DNA of 64,000 nucleotides from an uncultured Acetobacteraceae bacterium (GTDB taxonomy: Bacteria > Pseudomonadota > Alphaproteobacteria > Acetobacterales > Acetobacteraceae), in NCBI GenBank assembly GCA_964236715.1, contig CAXSGE010000011.1, forward strand, positions 14,007 through 78,006, written 5' to 3'. A model generated the notes under the pieces. The model made no database searches and was not told where the DNA came from. It was given only the letters and a program-made list of their open reading frames with translations. This document shows positions 7,473 to 16,876 of the stretch, one piece after another; position 1 is the stretch's first letter, and every line of letters begins with the position of its first letter. Both the position numbers and the translations under genes were made by a program.

Positions 7473-9263
7473 TCAGTGCTTGCCGGGCAGCACGCTGGCG
7501 ATGACCTGCTTGACGCTGTTCTTGAGCACGCTGCCCAGTTCAGGTTCGGTCGCCATCATGGTCAGGAAGTTCTTGGCGTCCTTGAACGTGATGTGCGGCG
7601 GCAATGGCGGCACGTTCGGATCGGCATAGACGTTCATGATCACCGGACGGTCGGCCGCGAACGCCTCGTCCCAAGCGGCGCCCAGTTGCTCCGGATCGCG
7701 CACCACGATTCCCTTGAGGCCGAGCAGTTCGGCATAGGTGTGATAGGCGAAGTCCGGGATGCTCTGCGTCGACTCGGTCTTGCCGTCACCGAGCTGCACG
7801 CGCTCCTCCCAGGTCACCTGGTTGAGGTCCTGGTTGTTCAGCACCATCACGATCAGCGTCGGGTTCGACCACTGCTTCCAGTATTTGGAGATGGTGATCA
7901 TCTCGTTCAGCCCGTTCATCTGCATCGCGCCGTCACCGATGAAGGCGATCACCACACGCTCGGGAAACGCCATCTTCGCGCCGATCGCGTACGGCGTCGC
8001 CGCGCCGAGCGATGCCAGGCTGCCCGACACCGACCCCATCATGCCGCGGCGCATCTTGATGTCCCGGCCATACCAGTTGGCGACCGAGCCGCTGTCGACG
8101 GTCATGATGCAGTTCTCGGGCAGGCGCTTGGAGCACTCCCAGAACACCCGCTGCGGATTGATCGGCTCGGCGGCGATCATCGCCCGGTCCTCCAGCGTCT
8201 GCCACCACTTCGACACGCCCTTGGCGATATCGGCGCGCCAGCTCCCGGCCTCTTTTTGCTCCAGCATCGGCAGCAACGCCCGCAGTGCCGTGGCGCTGTC
8301 GCCGGCCATGCTGACCTCCATCGGGTAGCGCAGGCTGAGCCGGGTGGGGTCCAGGTCGATCTGCACGCCGCGGGCCGAGCCGGGCTTCGGCAGGAACTCG
8401 CTGTACGGGAACGATGAGCCCACCATCAGCAGAGTGTCGCAATCCTGCATCAGATCCCAGGACGGCGCGGTGCCGAGCAGCCCCAGGCCGCCAGTGACCC
8501 ACGGCAGGTCGTCCGGCAGCACCGCCTTGCCGAGCAACGCCTTGGCGCAGCCAGCCTGCAGGCGGTCCGCGACGGCCATCACCTCGTCGGTGGCGTTCAG
8601 CGCGCCGGCGCCGACCAGCATGGCGATCTTCTTGCCCGCGTTCAGCACCGCGGCCGCCTGTCGCAGCGCCGCCTCGTCCGGCATCTTGGCCGGGCCGGCA
8701 TGCCCGACCCCGGTGTGGGTGGTCCCGTGCACCAGCGGCGGGTCCTCGTAGGGCAGCAACTGCAGGTCATTGGGGATGATGACGCAGGTGACGCTGCGGG
8801 TGGCGGACGCGATGCGGACGGCGCGGTCAATAAGCTGGCGAACCTGTTCCGGCACCATGACGGTCTCGACGAACTCGCTGGCGACGTCCTTGAACAGGTT
8901 CTGCAGGTCGACTTCCTGCTGGTAGTTGGCGCCAATGGCGGTGCGCGCCTGCTGTCCGACGATCGCAACCACGGGCACGTGGTCCATCTTGGCGTCATAC
9001 AAGCCGGTCAGCAGGTGGATCGCACCAGGCCCAGAGGTGGCGTAGCAAAGCCCGACCTCGCCGGTGAACTTGGCATGGGCTGACGCCATGAAGGCTGCCA
9101 TCTCCTCGTGGCGGACCTGGACATACTGCATGGTGTCCTTGGCCCGCTCCAGCGCCAGGTCGAGCCCGCCAACGCCGTCGCCGGGATAGCCGTAAACGCG
9201 CTTCAGGCCCCACTCGCCCAGCCGTTTCCAGACGAACTCGCTCACGTTCATGCTCACAGCCAT
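7473..9263 (-). CDS. thiamine pyrophosphate-requiring enzyme (pyruvate oxidase/dehydrogenase-like)
   Basis: YGYPGDG, RHEEMAAFMA, TSGPGAIHL, GDGAMQM...NN TPP motif. Confidence 0.93.
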   Translation of the reverse strand: MAVSMNVSEFVWKRLGEWGLKRVYGYPGDGVGGLDLALERAKDTMQYVQVRHEEMAAFMASAHAKFTGEVGLCYATSGPGAIHLLTGLYDAKMDHVPVVAIVGQQARTAIGANYQQEVDLQNLFKDVASEFVETVMVPEQVRQLIDRAVRIASATRSVTCVIIPNDLQLLPYEDPPLVHGTTHTGVGHAGPAKMPDEAALRQAAAVLNAGKKIAMLVGAGALNATDEVMAVADRLQAGCAKALLGKAVLPDDLPWVTGGLGLLGTAPSWDLMQDCDTLLMVGSSFPYSEFLPKPGSARGVQIDLDPTRLSLRYPMEVSMAGDSATALRALLPMLEQKEAGSWRADIAKGVSKWWQTLEDRAMIAAEPINPQRVFWECSKRLPENCIMTVDSGSVANWYGRDIKMRRGMMGSVSGSLASLGAATPYAIGAKMAFPERVVIAFIGDGAMQMNGLNEMITISKYWKQWSNPTLIVMVLNNQDLNQVTWEERVQLGDGKTESTQSIPDFAYHTYAELLGLKGIVVRDPEQLGAAWDEAFAADRPVIMNVYADPNVPPLPPHITFKDAKNFLTMMATEPELGSVLKNSVKQVIASVLPGKH

Positions 9264-9394
9264 CTCCCGCGCTGGTGCCTAGTGGCGCCATTACGCGCGC
9301 CGTTCGGCACTAGTTTTCACGGCTATCGTGTTTTTGCTGGCGTATCCCGCAGTGGCGCCGGCGAGATGCTACAGAAGCAGCATCGGAGTACGCC

Positions 9395-10276
9395 GTGACC
9401 AATATCGAGGTTGTATTGGATGCAAGGGCCACGATCGGCGAGTCACCGACTTGGTCGCCGGACGAGGCAGCGTTGTATTGGATCGACATCAAAGCGCCGG
9501 CCCTCTACCGTTTCGAACCCGCCACGGGTCGCCAGCGGACCTGGCGCGTGCCCGCCGACATCGGCGCTTTCGCCTTGGAGCCTGACCTGGCGGGGGCGCT
9601 GGTGGCGCTGCGAACCGGGCTGCACCGGCTGGTGTTCGCCACCGGCACGCTGACGCTCGTGGCGCCTCCGCCATTCGACCCGGCAATGCACCGGTTCAAC
9701 GAGGGCGGCTGCGACCCGGCTGGCCGCTTCTGGGTCGGCGTCATGTTCGATCCGGTCGATCCCAGCAGCCCCGCCCACCCCGGCGCCTTGCACAGCTACA
9801 CGCGCGCGGACGGGCTGCGTCCGGCGTCCGACGCGTCCGAGCTGCATAACGGCATGGCCTGGAGCGCCGACGGCAACCGCATGTTCCTGTCGCACAGCCA
9901 AATCGGCGAGATACGCGCCTTCGACATCCAGGACGGACGCCTAGGGTCGCCACGGCTGTTCGCCACCATCCCGTAAGCCGACGGTATTCCTGACGGTGCG
10001 GCGATCGACACCGCCGGCGGCTATTGGTGCGCGCTCCACGGGGGCGGCAAGCTGCGCCGCTTCCACCCGGACGGCACGCCGGACCGCGACATTGCCTTGC
10101 CGGTCAGCCAACCGACGATGTGCGCGTTCGCCGGCGCGGGGCTGGACGAGATGTATGTCACCAGCGCCACCGACAAGCTGACGCCGGCACAGTTGCTGCG
10201 CGAACCCCACGCCGGCGCCTTGTTGCGCTTGCGTCCGGGCGAACGCGGCGTCGCGCGCCGCTGCACGGCGGCCTAG
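9395..10276 (+). pseudogene. SMP-30/gluconolactonase with internal stop
   Basis: GESPTW, RFNEG, NGMAWS; TAA at 9974-9976; frame continues (PDGAAID, PTMCAF, MYVTSA) to TAG at 10274-10276. Confidence 0.88.
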
Positions 10277-10383
10277 TGGTCCGATCCCAACGCTTGGTTC
10301 TCAAGCGTTAGGTGAATTGGTCCACCAAACAAAGGCTGGTGGTGCAAATCGGACGGATGCTTCCGTCTGATTTGCACCACTAG
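10273..10383 (+). repeat. CTAG-bounded two-module palindromic element (MITE/RIME-like), copy A
   Basis: 67-bp module 1 plus 48-bp hairpin module 2 (22-bp arms, 2 mismatches); module 1 matches reverse complement of 38138-38202. Confidence 0.85.
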
Positions 10384-10436
10384 GGGCCTCGTGCCAGATG
10401 GTTGGCAATACGGCGCCTTGCCCGGACAGGCCCAGC

Positions 10437-11003
10437 TTAGGCTATTTCGCTGCCAGGCGTTGGTTTGGCCAGCACTACATCCAAATGCACCGGATTATGC
10501 AGCGTGTTGGCGACTGGCGACCAAAGCGTCGCGTGCTTGATAAGCGCCTGCAGCACCTCATCGGACGCATCCGCCTGTATTTGAACCGAAACCCGGATCG
10601 CCTCGAAGCCGAGGGGCTTCGGGGTGTTGTCACCCGTGCCCCAAACCGCCGTGGTGTTGAGGTCGGCCTCGAGCACGAGTTCGAGCGACCGGATTGGTAT
10701 GTATCGCGCGACCGCGTTCGCGTGGATGCCGATTGCGAGGCAGGACCCGAAGGCGACGAGCAACGCTTCGTTCGCGTTTGGAACGCTGTCGTCACTGAGC
10801 AAGCTTTCTGGCTCGTCCTCCCCGACAGGCTGCGCTGGCAGGTCGCGGACGTAGCTAAGTTGGCGGAAACGCCCTTGCGCGACCGTGCGGCAGCGCAGCG
10901 TCCGGATGGCGGTTGGATCGGCACGGCCCTTGGCGGCCATCGCGTCAAGAGCGGGCTTGGGGACGGGCGCCAACAATGGGTCCCGGGCCGGTTGTTTCAT
11001 CAT
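10437..11003 (-). CDS. OsmC family protein
   Basis: PNANEALLVAFGSCLAIG, LELVLEADL, WSPVANTL. Confidence 0.85.
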   Translation of the reverse strand: MMKQPARDPLLAPVPKPALDAMAAKGRADPTAIRTLRCRTVAQGRFRQLSYVRDLPAQPVGEDEPESLLSDDSVPNANEALLVAFGSCLAIGIHANAVARYIPIRSLELVLEADLNTTAVWGTGDNTPKPLGFEAIRVSVQIQADASDEVLQALIKHATLWSPVANTLHNPVHLDVVLAKPTPGSEIA

Positions 11004-11236
11004 GGGACACGATCCTCTTTGCAGCCTGTTCGCTTGACTGGGGTTTGCGCCGAAAAGCCATCCAGAGCTGCCCGACATTTGTCGGCACCAGGAGTTATCA
11101 CAGCCAGTTGAATGACCTCCCTATCCGTGGTAACAATGATACTAGAACCTCTACGCTAATAACGTAACACTTCCGTCACGCGCCTCAGAGGCCCAAAGCC
11201 GCTAAGCGGGAATGCAGAAACGCACGGCACTTACCT

Positions 11237-12154
11237 ATGCTCGACTGGGATGACCTGCGCTTCTTCCTCGCCATTGCCCGGCACGGCAGCCTGTCGGCTG
11301 CGGCCAAGGAACTGCATGTCGCCCAATCGACGGTCGGGCGCCGGCTTGCCTCCCTGGAGGCGGGCTTGGCGGTGCGGTTGCTGAACCGCACCCCGAACGG
11401 CTATGTGCCGACCCTCGCCGGCCAGAGCGTCCGGGAGCAGGCGGAGCGGCTGGAAGCCGAGGCGCTTTCCCTGGAACGCAATGTGGGCGGGCACGACAGC
11501 CGGCTGGTCGGGCTGGTCCGTGTCACCTGTGTGGAAACCGTTGCCAGCCATATCCTGGCGCCCTGCCTTGCAACCCTGCGCCGGGAACACCCGGATATCA
11601 TGGTCGAGCTGGCCTCCGACCCGAGGGATCTCAGCCTTTCGATGCGCGAGGCGGATATCTCCGTGCGGCTCACGCTGCCTGAGCAGCACGACTTGGTCGT
11701 CCGCCGCATCGGCGACTTGGCCTTTGGCCTGTACGCCAGCCCAACATACCTGGAACGGCACGGCGAGCTGGATTTCGAGGGCGGCTGTCCCGGGCATTAC
11801 CTGATCACTCAGCTCGATGATGTCCATGATGCTGCACAAACGGGCTGGTTGGCAGACCTAACTTCGCGTGCCCACATTGCCGTGCAAACCAATAGTCACG
11901 AAGCGGCCGTGTCCGCGGCCCTGCACGGCGCCGGCTTGGCCTGCCTGGCCCGATTCCGGGCGGATCGGGAAGCCGGGCTGCGGCGAGTGCCTACTCCCAC
12001 CACCGTTCCGGCCGCCAGCATTTGGCTGGTGGTCCATAAGGACAATCGTGGCAGCGCTCGGATCAGGGCTGCCCTAACCCACATCACGAACTCGGTCCGA
12101 AGCCAGGCCGGCATCCTGCACCCCGAGGTTGCCGGGTCCCCAATCAAAGCCTAA
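11237..12154 (+). CDS. LysR family transcriptional regulator
   Basis: LDWDDLRFFLAIARHGSLSAAAKELHVAQSTVGRRL HTH; divergent from the OsmC gene. Confidence 0.95.
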   Translation: MLDWDDLRFFLAIARHGSLSAAAKELHVAQSTVGRRLASLEAGLAVRLLNRTPNGYVPTLAGQSVREQAERLEAEALSLERNVGGHDSRLVGLVRVTCVETVASHILAPCLATLRREHPDIMVELASDPRDLSLSMREADISVRLTLPEQHDLVVRRIGDLAFGLYASPTYLERHGELDFEGGCPGHYLITQLDDVHDAAQTGWLADLTSRAHIAVQTNSHEAAVSAALHGAGLACLARFRADREAGLRRVPTPTTVPAASIWLVVHKDNRGSARIRAALTHITNSVRSQAGILHPEVAGSPIKA

Positions 12155-12629
12155 GTCAGCAGAGTAGCAGGCCGATACAACGAGAAGGCCGCGTGTATGC
12201 GGTTTCGCATAGCCACTCGCCGCCATTGCAGCGCAAGTTCACTGAACTAGCCGTCCGACTCACGTTAACATGCACGAAACCTGTTTGAGGCCTGGTGCCG
12301 AAGCCATCGCGTCCGGGTCAGCAGCGGCAACGCCCGGGGTGGCTAAGCCGAAGGCGTATGTAACGGAACACCGAGACCGGCGCCGTCCGATTACCGGTGC
12401 TGTGGAGATCGACGATGCCGAGCAATGCGAGGCCTACCCGTAACTGGCTGTTCACATCGCCCTTCCTCGATACCCATGGCATGGACGGTTTGCCGCGAGC
12501 GGCGGACACAGTGGCGTTCGGTTTCTCGGCCAAGGCGGCGAACCATCCCGGCCGGGCCAGCCCCATCAACCAGGGACTGACGAGGGCGCCTCGTTGGCGC
12601 ATCGTCTTGCCCCATCCGGGAAGCGAATT

Positions 12630-13496
12630 ATGAGCTTGCTGACAAACTCCACCGATATGGCGGCTGCATCGCTTGCACCGGGCAATTACGTTGACCCGGG
12701 CCTTCCTCTTACGATCACGCACTGGCGGCATGGGGATGCCGAGGTCGCCGCCGGCGGCGACGGCATTGCATGCCTCACGCTGATCCTGTCCGAAGGACAG
12801 ATCGTCGAGCGCAAAAGCCGCGGCGCATGGTCGCATCGGCCGTCGAGGCTGGGCCTGGTGACAGTGAAGGATCCCGAAGAACTGACGAGGTTCTCCATAC
12901 GTGGGCAGACCAACGTCGCCAAGCTCCTCGTTCCCGTGGCGAACTTGGCGGATGCGGCCGGGCTGAACCGGCGCCCCAACATCAAGGCCCGGTTCATCGA
13001 GCCGGAACCGGAACTCGCGCGGTGCGCGCAACGTGCCCTCGTCGCGCTGCACCAAGGCGACGGCGCGGACCCTTTGCTCTTGTCCAGTATCGTCATGGAG
13101 CTTTCCAAAACGATGATCGAGCAACCGTTCGGGGGCAGCAACCGCGCGGTCGGCGGGCTTTCGCGGCGACAATTGCGGCGAGTGGAGGAACTCATCGAAT
13201 CCCGCCTATCCGCCCCGGTCGCATCATCCCCGTCGCTCAGCGACCTCGCGGCCGAGGCGAGCCTGAGCCTGCACCATTTCGCCCGCGAGTTCCGAAGGAC
13301 GACGGGCGTCACGCCGTATGCCTACATGCTCCGGCGCCGGTTGGAACGGGCGCGGCGGCTTGTCATCCATTCGACCCTTTCGCTGGCCCGGGTCGGCAAG
13401 CTCTCGGCCTTTCCATCCGCCGCCCATTTTGCCGACCGCTTCCACCGCCAGATGGGCGTTCCGCCAGGGGCGTTGCGGCGCGCCGCACAAGCTTGA
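12630..13496 (+). CDS. AraC family transcriptional regulator
   Basis: GGLSRRQLRRV, LSLHHFAREFRRTTGVTPYAY, second HTH at the C-terminus. Confidence 0.9.
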   Translation: MSLLTNSTDMAAASLAPGNYVDPGLPLTITHWRHGDAEVAAGGDGIACLTLILSEGQIVERKSRGAWSHRPSRLGLVTVKDPEELTRFSIRGQTNVAKLLVPVANLADAAGLNRRPNIKARFIEPEPELARCAQRALVALHQGDGADPLLLSSIVMELSKTMIEQPFGGSNRAVGGLSRRQLRRVEELIESRLSAPVASSPSLSDLAAEASLSLHHFAREFRRTTGVTPYAYMLRRRLERARRLVIHSTLSLARVGKLSAFPSAAHFADRFHRQMGVPPGALRRAAQA

Positions 13497-13580
13497 TAAT
13501 TAAGGCGCGCCGCGTAAGCTTGAATACCAATCGAGCGCTTACGTGTTTCCCCTCGTAGCGTGCTGGTTCTCAGGCTCGTG

Positions 13581-13629
13581 CTAGTGGTCTGACGCAGGCT
13601 GCTCGCTTCGTCTGCGTCAGACCCACTAG
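13581..13629 (+). repeat. CTAG-bounded hairpin module, copy B
   Basis: ctagtggtctgacgcag-gctgctcgcttcgt-ctgcgtcagacccactag; near-identical to reverse complement of 38094-38141. Confidence 0.85.
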
Positions 13630-13771
13630 CAGCAGGATCGCGATAGGCCGGCTTACCGAAGCAAGAGGCGTTCCGTGTTATGATAACCACGGAAACAGTG
13701 AATCACTCGCTGGCAGCGGGAACTTGTGGATGGGCGATCGTGGGGGCTTGAGCGGCAATCATCGGGAAGCG

Positions 13772-14995
13772 ATGGGGGACTTCCATGGCGCCGCGAGCGA
13801 CGCGGCACTGCTTGCGGGCGAGCCTATGCACGACATGGAATTGCTGCGGCAAAGCTTGCTTGCTGGATTCGGCCGGCAGGCCCTGTGCGCCGAAACCCTC
13901 GACCCATTGATGCATCAGGCCAGTGCCATCGCAGCAGAAGCCCTCCAGGCCGACTACGCATGGGTGCTTGAACACATTCCGGAAGACGCGGCGTTGGAAG
14001 TCAAGGCGAGTGCCGGCTGGGGTGCAGCCGTGACCCACGGCCTTCGCATCAGCGCCGGCGCGCACAGCGTCGCAGGAAGCGCAATTCAGACTGGCACATC
14101 CAGCATCTGGACGCAGCCTGCCATGGGAGGCGTGCCGCAAGCTGTCAAGCTCTGGCACGAGCATGGGATACGCGCCGCCATTTGCGTGCCGATCGGCGTG
14201 GGCGGCGCCGCGCCGTTCGGAGTCCTCGAGGTCTGCAGCCCGGAGGATCGCACTTTCGGCGAGCACGAAGCGACCTTCCTCCAGACGTTGGCAGACATGC
14301 TGGCGGGGGCGGTCGCCGCGCACCGGCAACGGCAGGCGTGCGAAAGGCAGCTCGCGGCGCAGGAGGCCAAGCTCCGTGCGGCGGAAGAGGCTTTGCTGTT
14401 GAAGGACGTCCTGGTTCAGGAGGCCCACCACAGGATCGCCAACTCATTGCAGTTGCTCCGTTCCCTCCTGCATGTCCAGGCGAGGAACGTGGCGGACCCC
14501 GAATGGCGGGAGCAGATCGAGGGCGCAGGGCGGCGAGTCGCCACGGTTGGCGCCTTGCATCGCCGCATGTGCGAAACCGGCGCCGGCCTGGATGCCGATG
14601 CCAAGGACTACCTCCAGATCATGCTCGACGAAATGCGCGCGAGCCTTCCGGACTCCAGTGATCGCCCGCTGTTGCTGCAGATGGACTCCTTCATGCTGGC
14701 CGCTGGCGACCTGACGGCAATGGGCTTGATCACGGGGGAGTTGGTGACCAATGCGATCAAGTACGGGCATGGCACGGTCACCGTGCAGGTCCGGCGGCAA
14801 TCGACGGGACTCGAGATCCGCGTTTCGGATAACGGCGGCGGTTTCCCGCCCGACTTCGATCCCGCCACATCCAGCGGCCTGGGAATGCGCCTCGTCAGCG
14901 CCCTGGCGAAGAACTCGGGCGGAGACGTGGTCAGCGTGGACCGTTCGGTCAGCTATGGCCAGATCGTCGTGCGGACCGGGTTCGGCGGAGCCTGA
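13772..14995 (+). CDS. GAF-domain sensor histidine kinase (HisKA_2/HWE-like)
   Basis: GAF (PFGVLEVCS...FLQTLAD), H-box EAHHRIANSLQ, ELVTNAIKYG, DNGGG, GLGMRLV; start uncertain. Confidence 0.9.
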   Translation: MGDFHGAASDAALLAGEPMHDMELLRQSLLAGFGRQALCAETLDPLMHQASAIAAEALQADYAWVLEHIPEDAALEVKASAGWGAAVTHGLRISAGAHSVAGSAIQTGTSSIWTQPAMGGVPQAVKLWHEHGIRAAICVPIGVGGAAPFGVLEVCSPEDRTFGEHEATFLQTLADMLAGAVAAHRQRQACERQLAAQEAKLRAAEEALLLKDVLVQEAHHRIANSLQLLRSLLHVQARNVADPEWREQIEGAGRRVATVGALHRRMCETGAGLDADAKDYLQIMLDEMRASLPDSSDRPLLLQMDSFMLAAGDLTAMGLITGELVTNAIKYGHGTVTVQVRRQSTGLEIRVSDNGGGFPPDFDPATSSGLGMRLVSALAKNSGGDVVSVDRSVSYGQIVVRTGFGGA

Positions 14996-15161
14996 GCGCC
15001 AGCGCGCGGGCCTGCGGCGCATTCCATCGTGGGGACGGCTGCCTTAATCTGCCGGGCACCGTTAGGGCATGCCGGCGGGGGCGTTGCTGAGGCCGCGTAT
15101 TATCGGCACCGTGCATCGAGTTGGCCGCCACTTTCCAACTTCAGCGCCAAGGAGTTTCCGC

Positions 15162-16127
15162 ATGACGATCCTCAACAGGCGCACGCTGCTGGCCGGCGTT
15201 GCGTTCGCCGCCGGGCTGGGCTTGGCAGCCGCACCCAGCGCGTGGTCGGCGGGTCCGAGCTTTGCCCCGAACTTTGCAATGATACAGATCAACGAACAGG
15301 CACTGTTCTTCAAGCAGATGCAGGAGGGCGCCGAGGGCGCGGCAAAGAAAGCCGGCGCCATCCTGGACGTGTTCAACGCCAACGACCGCCCGGCCGAGCA
15401 AAACAACGCGATCGAAACCTACATCCAGCAAAAGGTCGCGGGCCTGCTTGTCGACGCGATCGACGTGAACGGGCTGATGCCGGCGATCCAGCAGGCCGCC
15501 GCCGCGGGCATTCCGGTCGTCGCCGTGGATTCCGTGCTGCCGTCCGACGGGCCGCAGAAGGCGCAGATCGGCGTCGACAACGCAAAGGCCGGGCAGCTCC
15601 TGGCCAATGCCTTCCTGCCGTATGTGCAGTCCGCCATGGGCGGCAAGGCGAAGGTCGGCGTCGTCGGCGCGCTGAATTCGTTCATCCAAAACCAGCGGCA
15701 GAAGGCGTTCCTGGACGCCATCGCCGGCAAGCCCGGCATCTCGCTGGCCGGCGTGGTCGATGGCCGCAACATACAAGACAATGCCCTCTCGGCCGCCGAG
15801 ACCCTGATGACCGGCAACCCGGACATGAACGTCATCTACGCGACCGGCGAACCAGCCCTGCTGGGGGCCATCGCGGCGGTGGAAAGCCAGGGCAAGCAGG
15901 ACAGCGTCAAGGTGTTCGGCTGGGACTTGACGGCGCAGGCCATCAAGGGCCTCGACGCCGGCTACGTGGTCGCGGTGGTCCAGCAGGACCCGGCGGGTAT
16001 GGCGGCGGCAGGGATCAACGCGCTGGTGACGCTCAGCAAGGGCGGCACCGTGGACCGCAACATCGCCGTTCCGGTCACCATTGTCACCAAGGCGAACGTC
16101 GGGCCGTACCGTTCGGTGTTCAAGTAA
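15162..16127 (+). CDS. sugar ABC transporter substrate-binding protein (RbsB-like)
   Basis: NRRTLL Tat-like leader, IPVVAVD, GVDN, QQDP. Confidence 0.92.
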   Translation: MTILNRRTLLAGVAFAAGLGLAAAPSAWSAGPSFAPNFAMIQINEQALFFKQMQEGAEGAAKKAGAILDVFNANDRPAEQNNAIETYIQQKVAGLLVDAIDVNGLMPAIQQAAAAGIPVVAVDSVLPSDGPQKAQIGVDNAKAGQLLANAFLPYVQSAMGGKAKVGVVGALNSFIQNQRQKAFLDAIAGKPGISLAGVVDGRNIQDNALSAAETLMTGNPDMNVIYATGEPALLGAIAAVESQGKQDSVKVFGWDLTAQAIKGLDAGYVVAVVQQDPAGMAAAGINALVTLSKGGTVDRNIAVPVTIVTKANVGPYRSVFK

Positions 16128-16135
16128 GGGCCTCG

Positions 16136-16876
16136 ATGGAGGCATCGGCGCCGTTGATGTCGCTGCGCGGCATCGGCAAGGCCTTCGGTTCGCTGACCGC
16201 GTTGCGCGACGTTGATCTCGACCTGTATGGCGGCGAATGCCTGGGCCTGGTCGGCGACAATGCCGCCGGCAAGTCCACCCTCAGCAAGGTCATGTCCGGG
16301 GCCTGCATTCCCGATTCCGGCAGCCTGGCCCTGTCGGGCAAGCCAGTGCGGCTCGACGGCCCGGCCGAAGCGCGAGCGCGCCGCATCGAAATGGTCTATC
16401 AGGAGCTGAGCCTGTGCGACACGATCGACGTCGCGGGCAACCTGTTCCTCGGCCGCGAGATCTGCCGCGCCGGATTTCTCGACAAGGCGGCGATGGCGCA
16501 GCAAGGCCGCCAGATGCTGGATGCGCTCGGCATCCGGATTCCGCGCATGAGCGCCAAGGTCGCGCGGCTGTCGGGCGGCCAGCGCCAGTCCATCGCCATC
16601 GCCCGTGCCGCCTCGTTCAACCCGCGCGTGCTGCTGCTGGACGAGCCGACATCGGCGCTTGCGGTGGCCGAGGTCGAGGCGGTGCTGGCCCTGATCAACC
16701 GCGTCAAGGCGCAAGGCGTCGCGGTGGTGCTGGTGACGCACCGGCTGCAGGACCTGTTCCGCGTCTGCGACCGCATCGCGTTCATGTATGAAGGCGCCAA
16801 AGTGGCGGAACGCTTGATCGGCGAGACCAACTTGGAGGAGGTGGTGCAACTGATCGTCGGCGGGGCGCGGGCATGA
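16136..16876 (+). CDS. sugar ABC transporter ATP-binding protein
   Basis: GDNAAGKST, LSGGQRQ, LLLDEPT. Confidence 0.93.
   Translation: MEASAPLMSLRGIGKAFGSLTALRDVDLDLYGGECLGLVGDNAAGKSTLSKVMSGACIPDSGSLALSGKPVRLDGPAEARARRIEMVYQELSLCDTIDVAGNLFLGREICRAGFLDKAAMAQQGRQMLDALGIRIPRMSAKVARLSGGQRQSIAIARAASFNPRVLLLDEPTSALAVAEVEAVLALINRVKAQGVAVVLVTHRLQDLFRVCDRIAFMYEGAKVAERLIGETNLEEVVQLIVGGARA

Noticed and set aside
10273-10383. CRISPR array or simple terminator reading of the CTAG palindromes
   Set aside because: No repeat-spacer periodicity, no cas genes, no U-tracts; copies are dispersed
12318-12455. Short minus-strand ORF with RBS (MNSQLRVGLALLGIVD...)
   Set aside because: May be a remnant but has no recognisable homology
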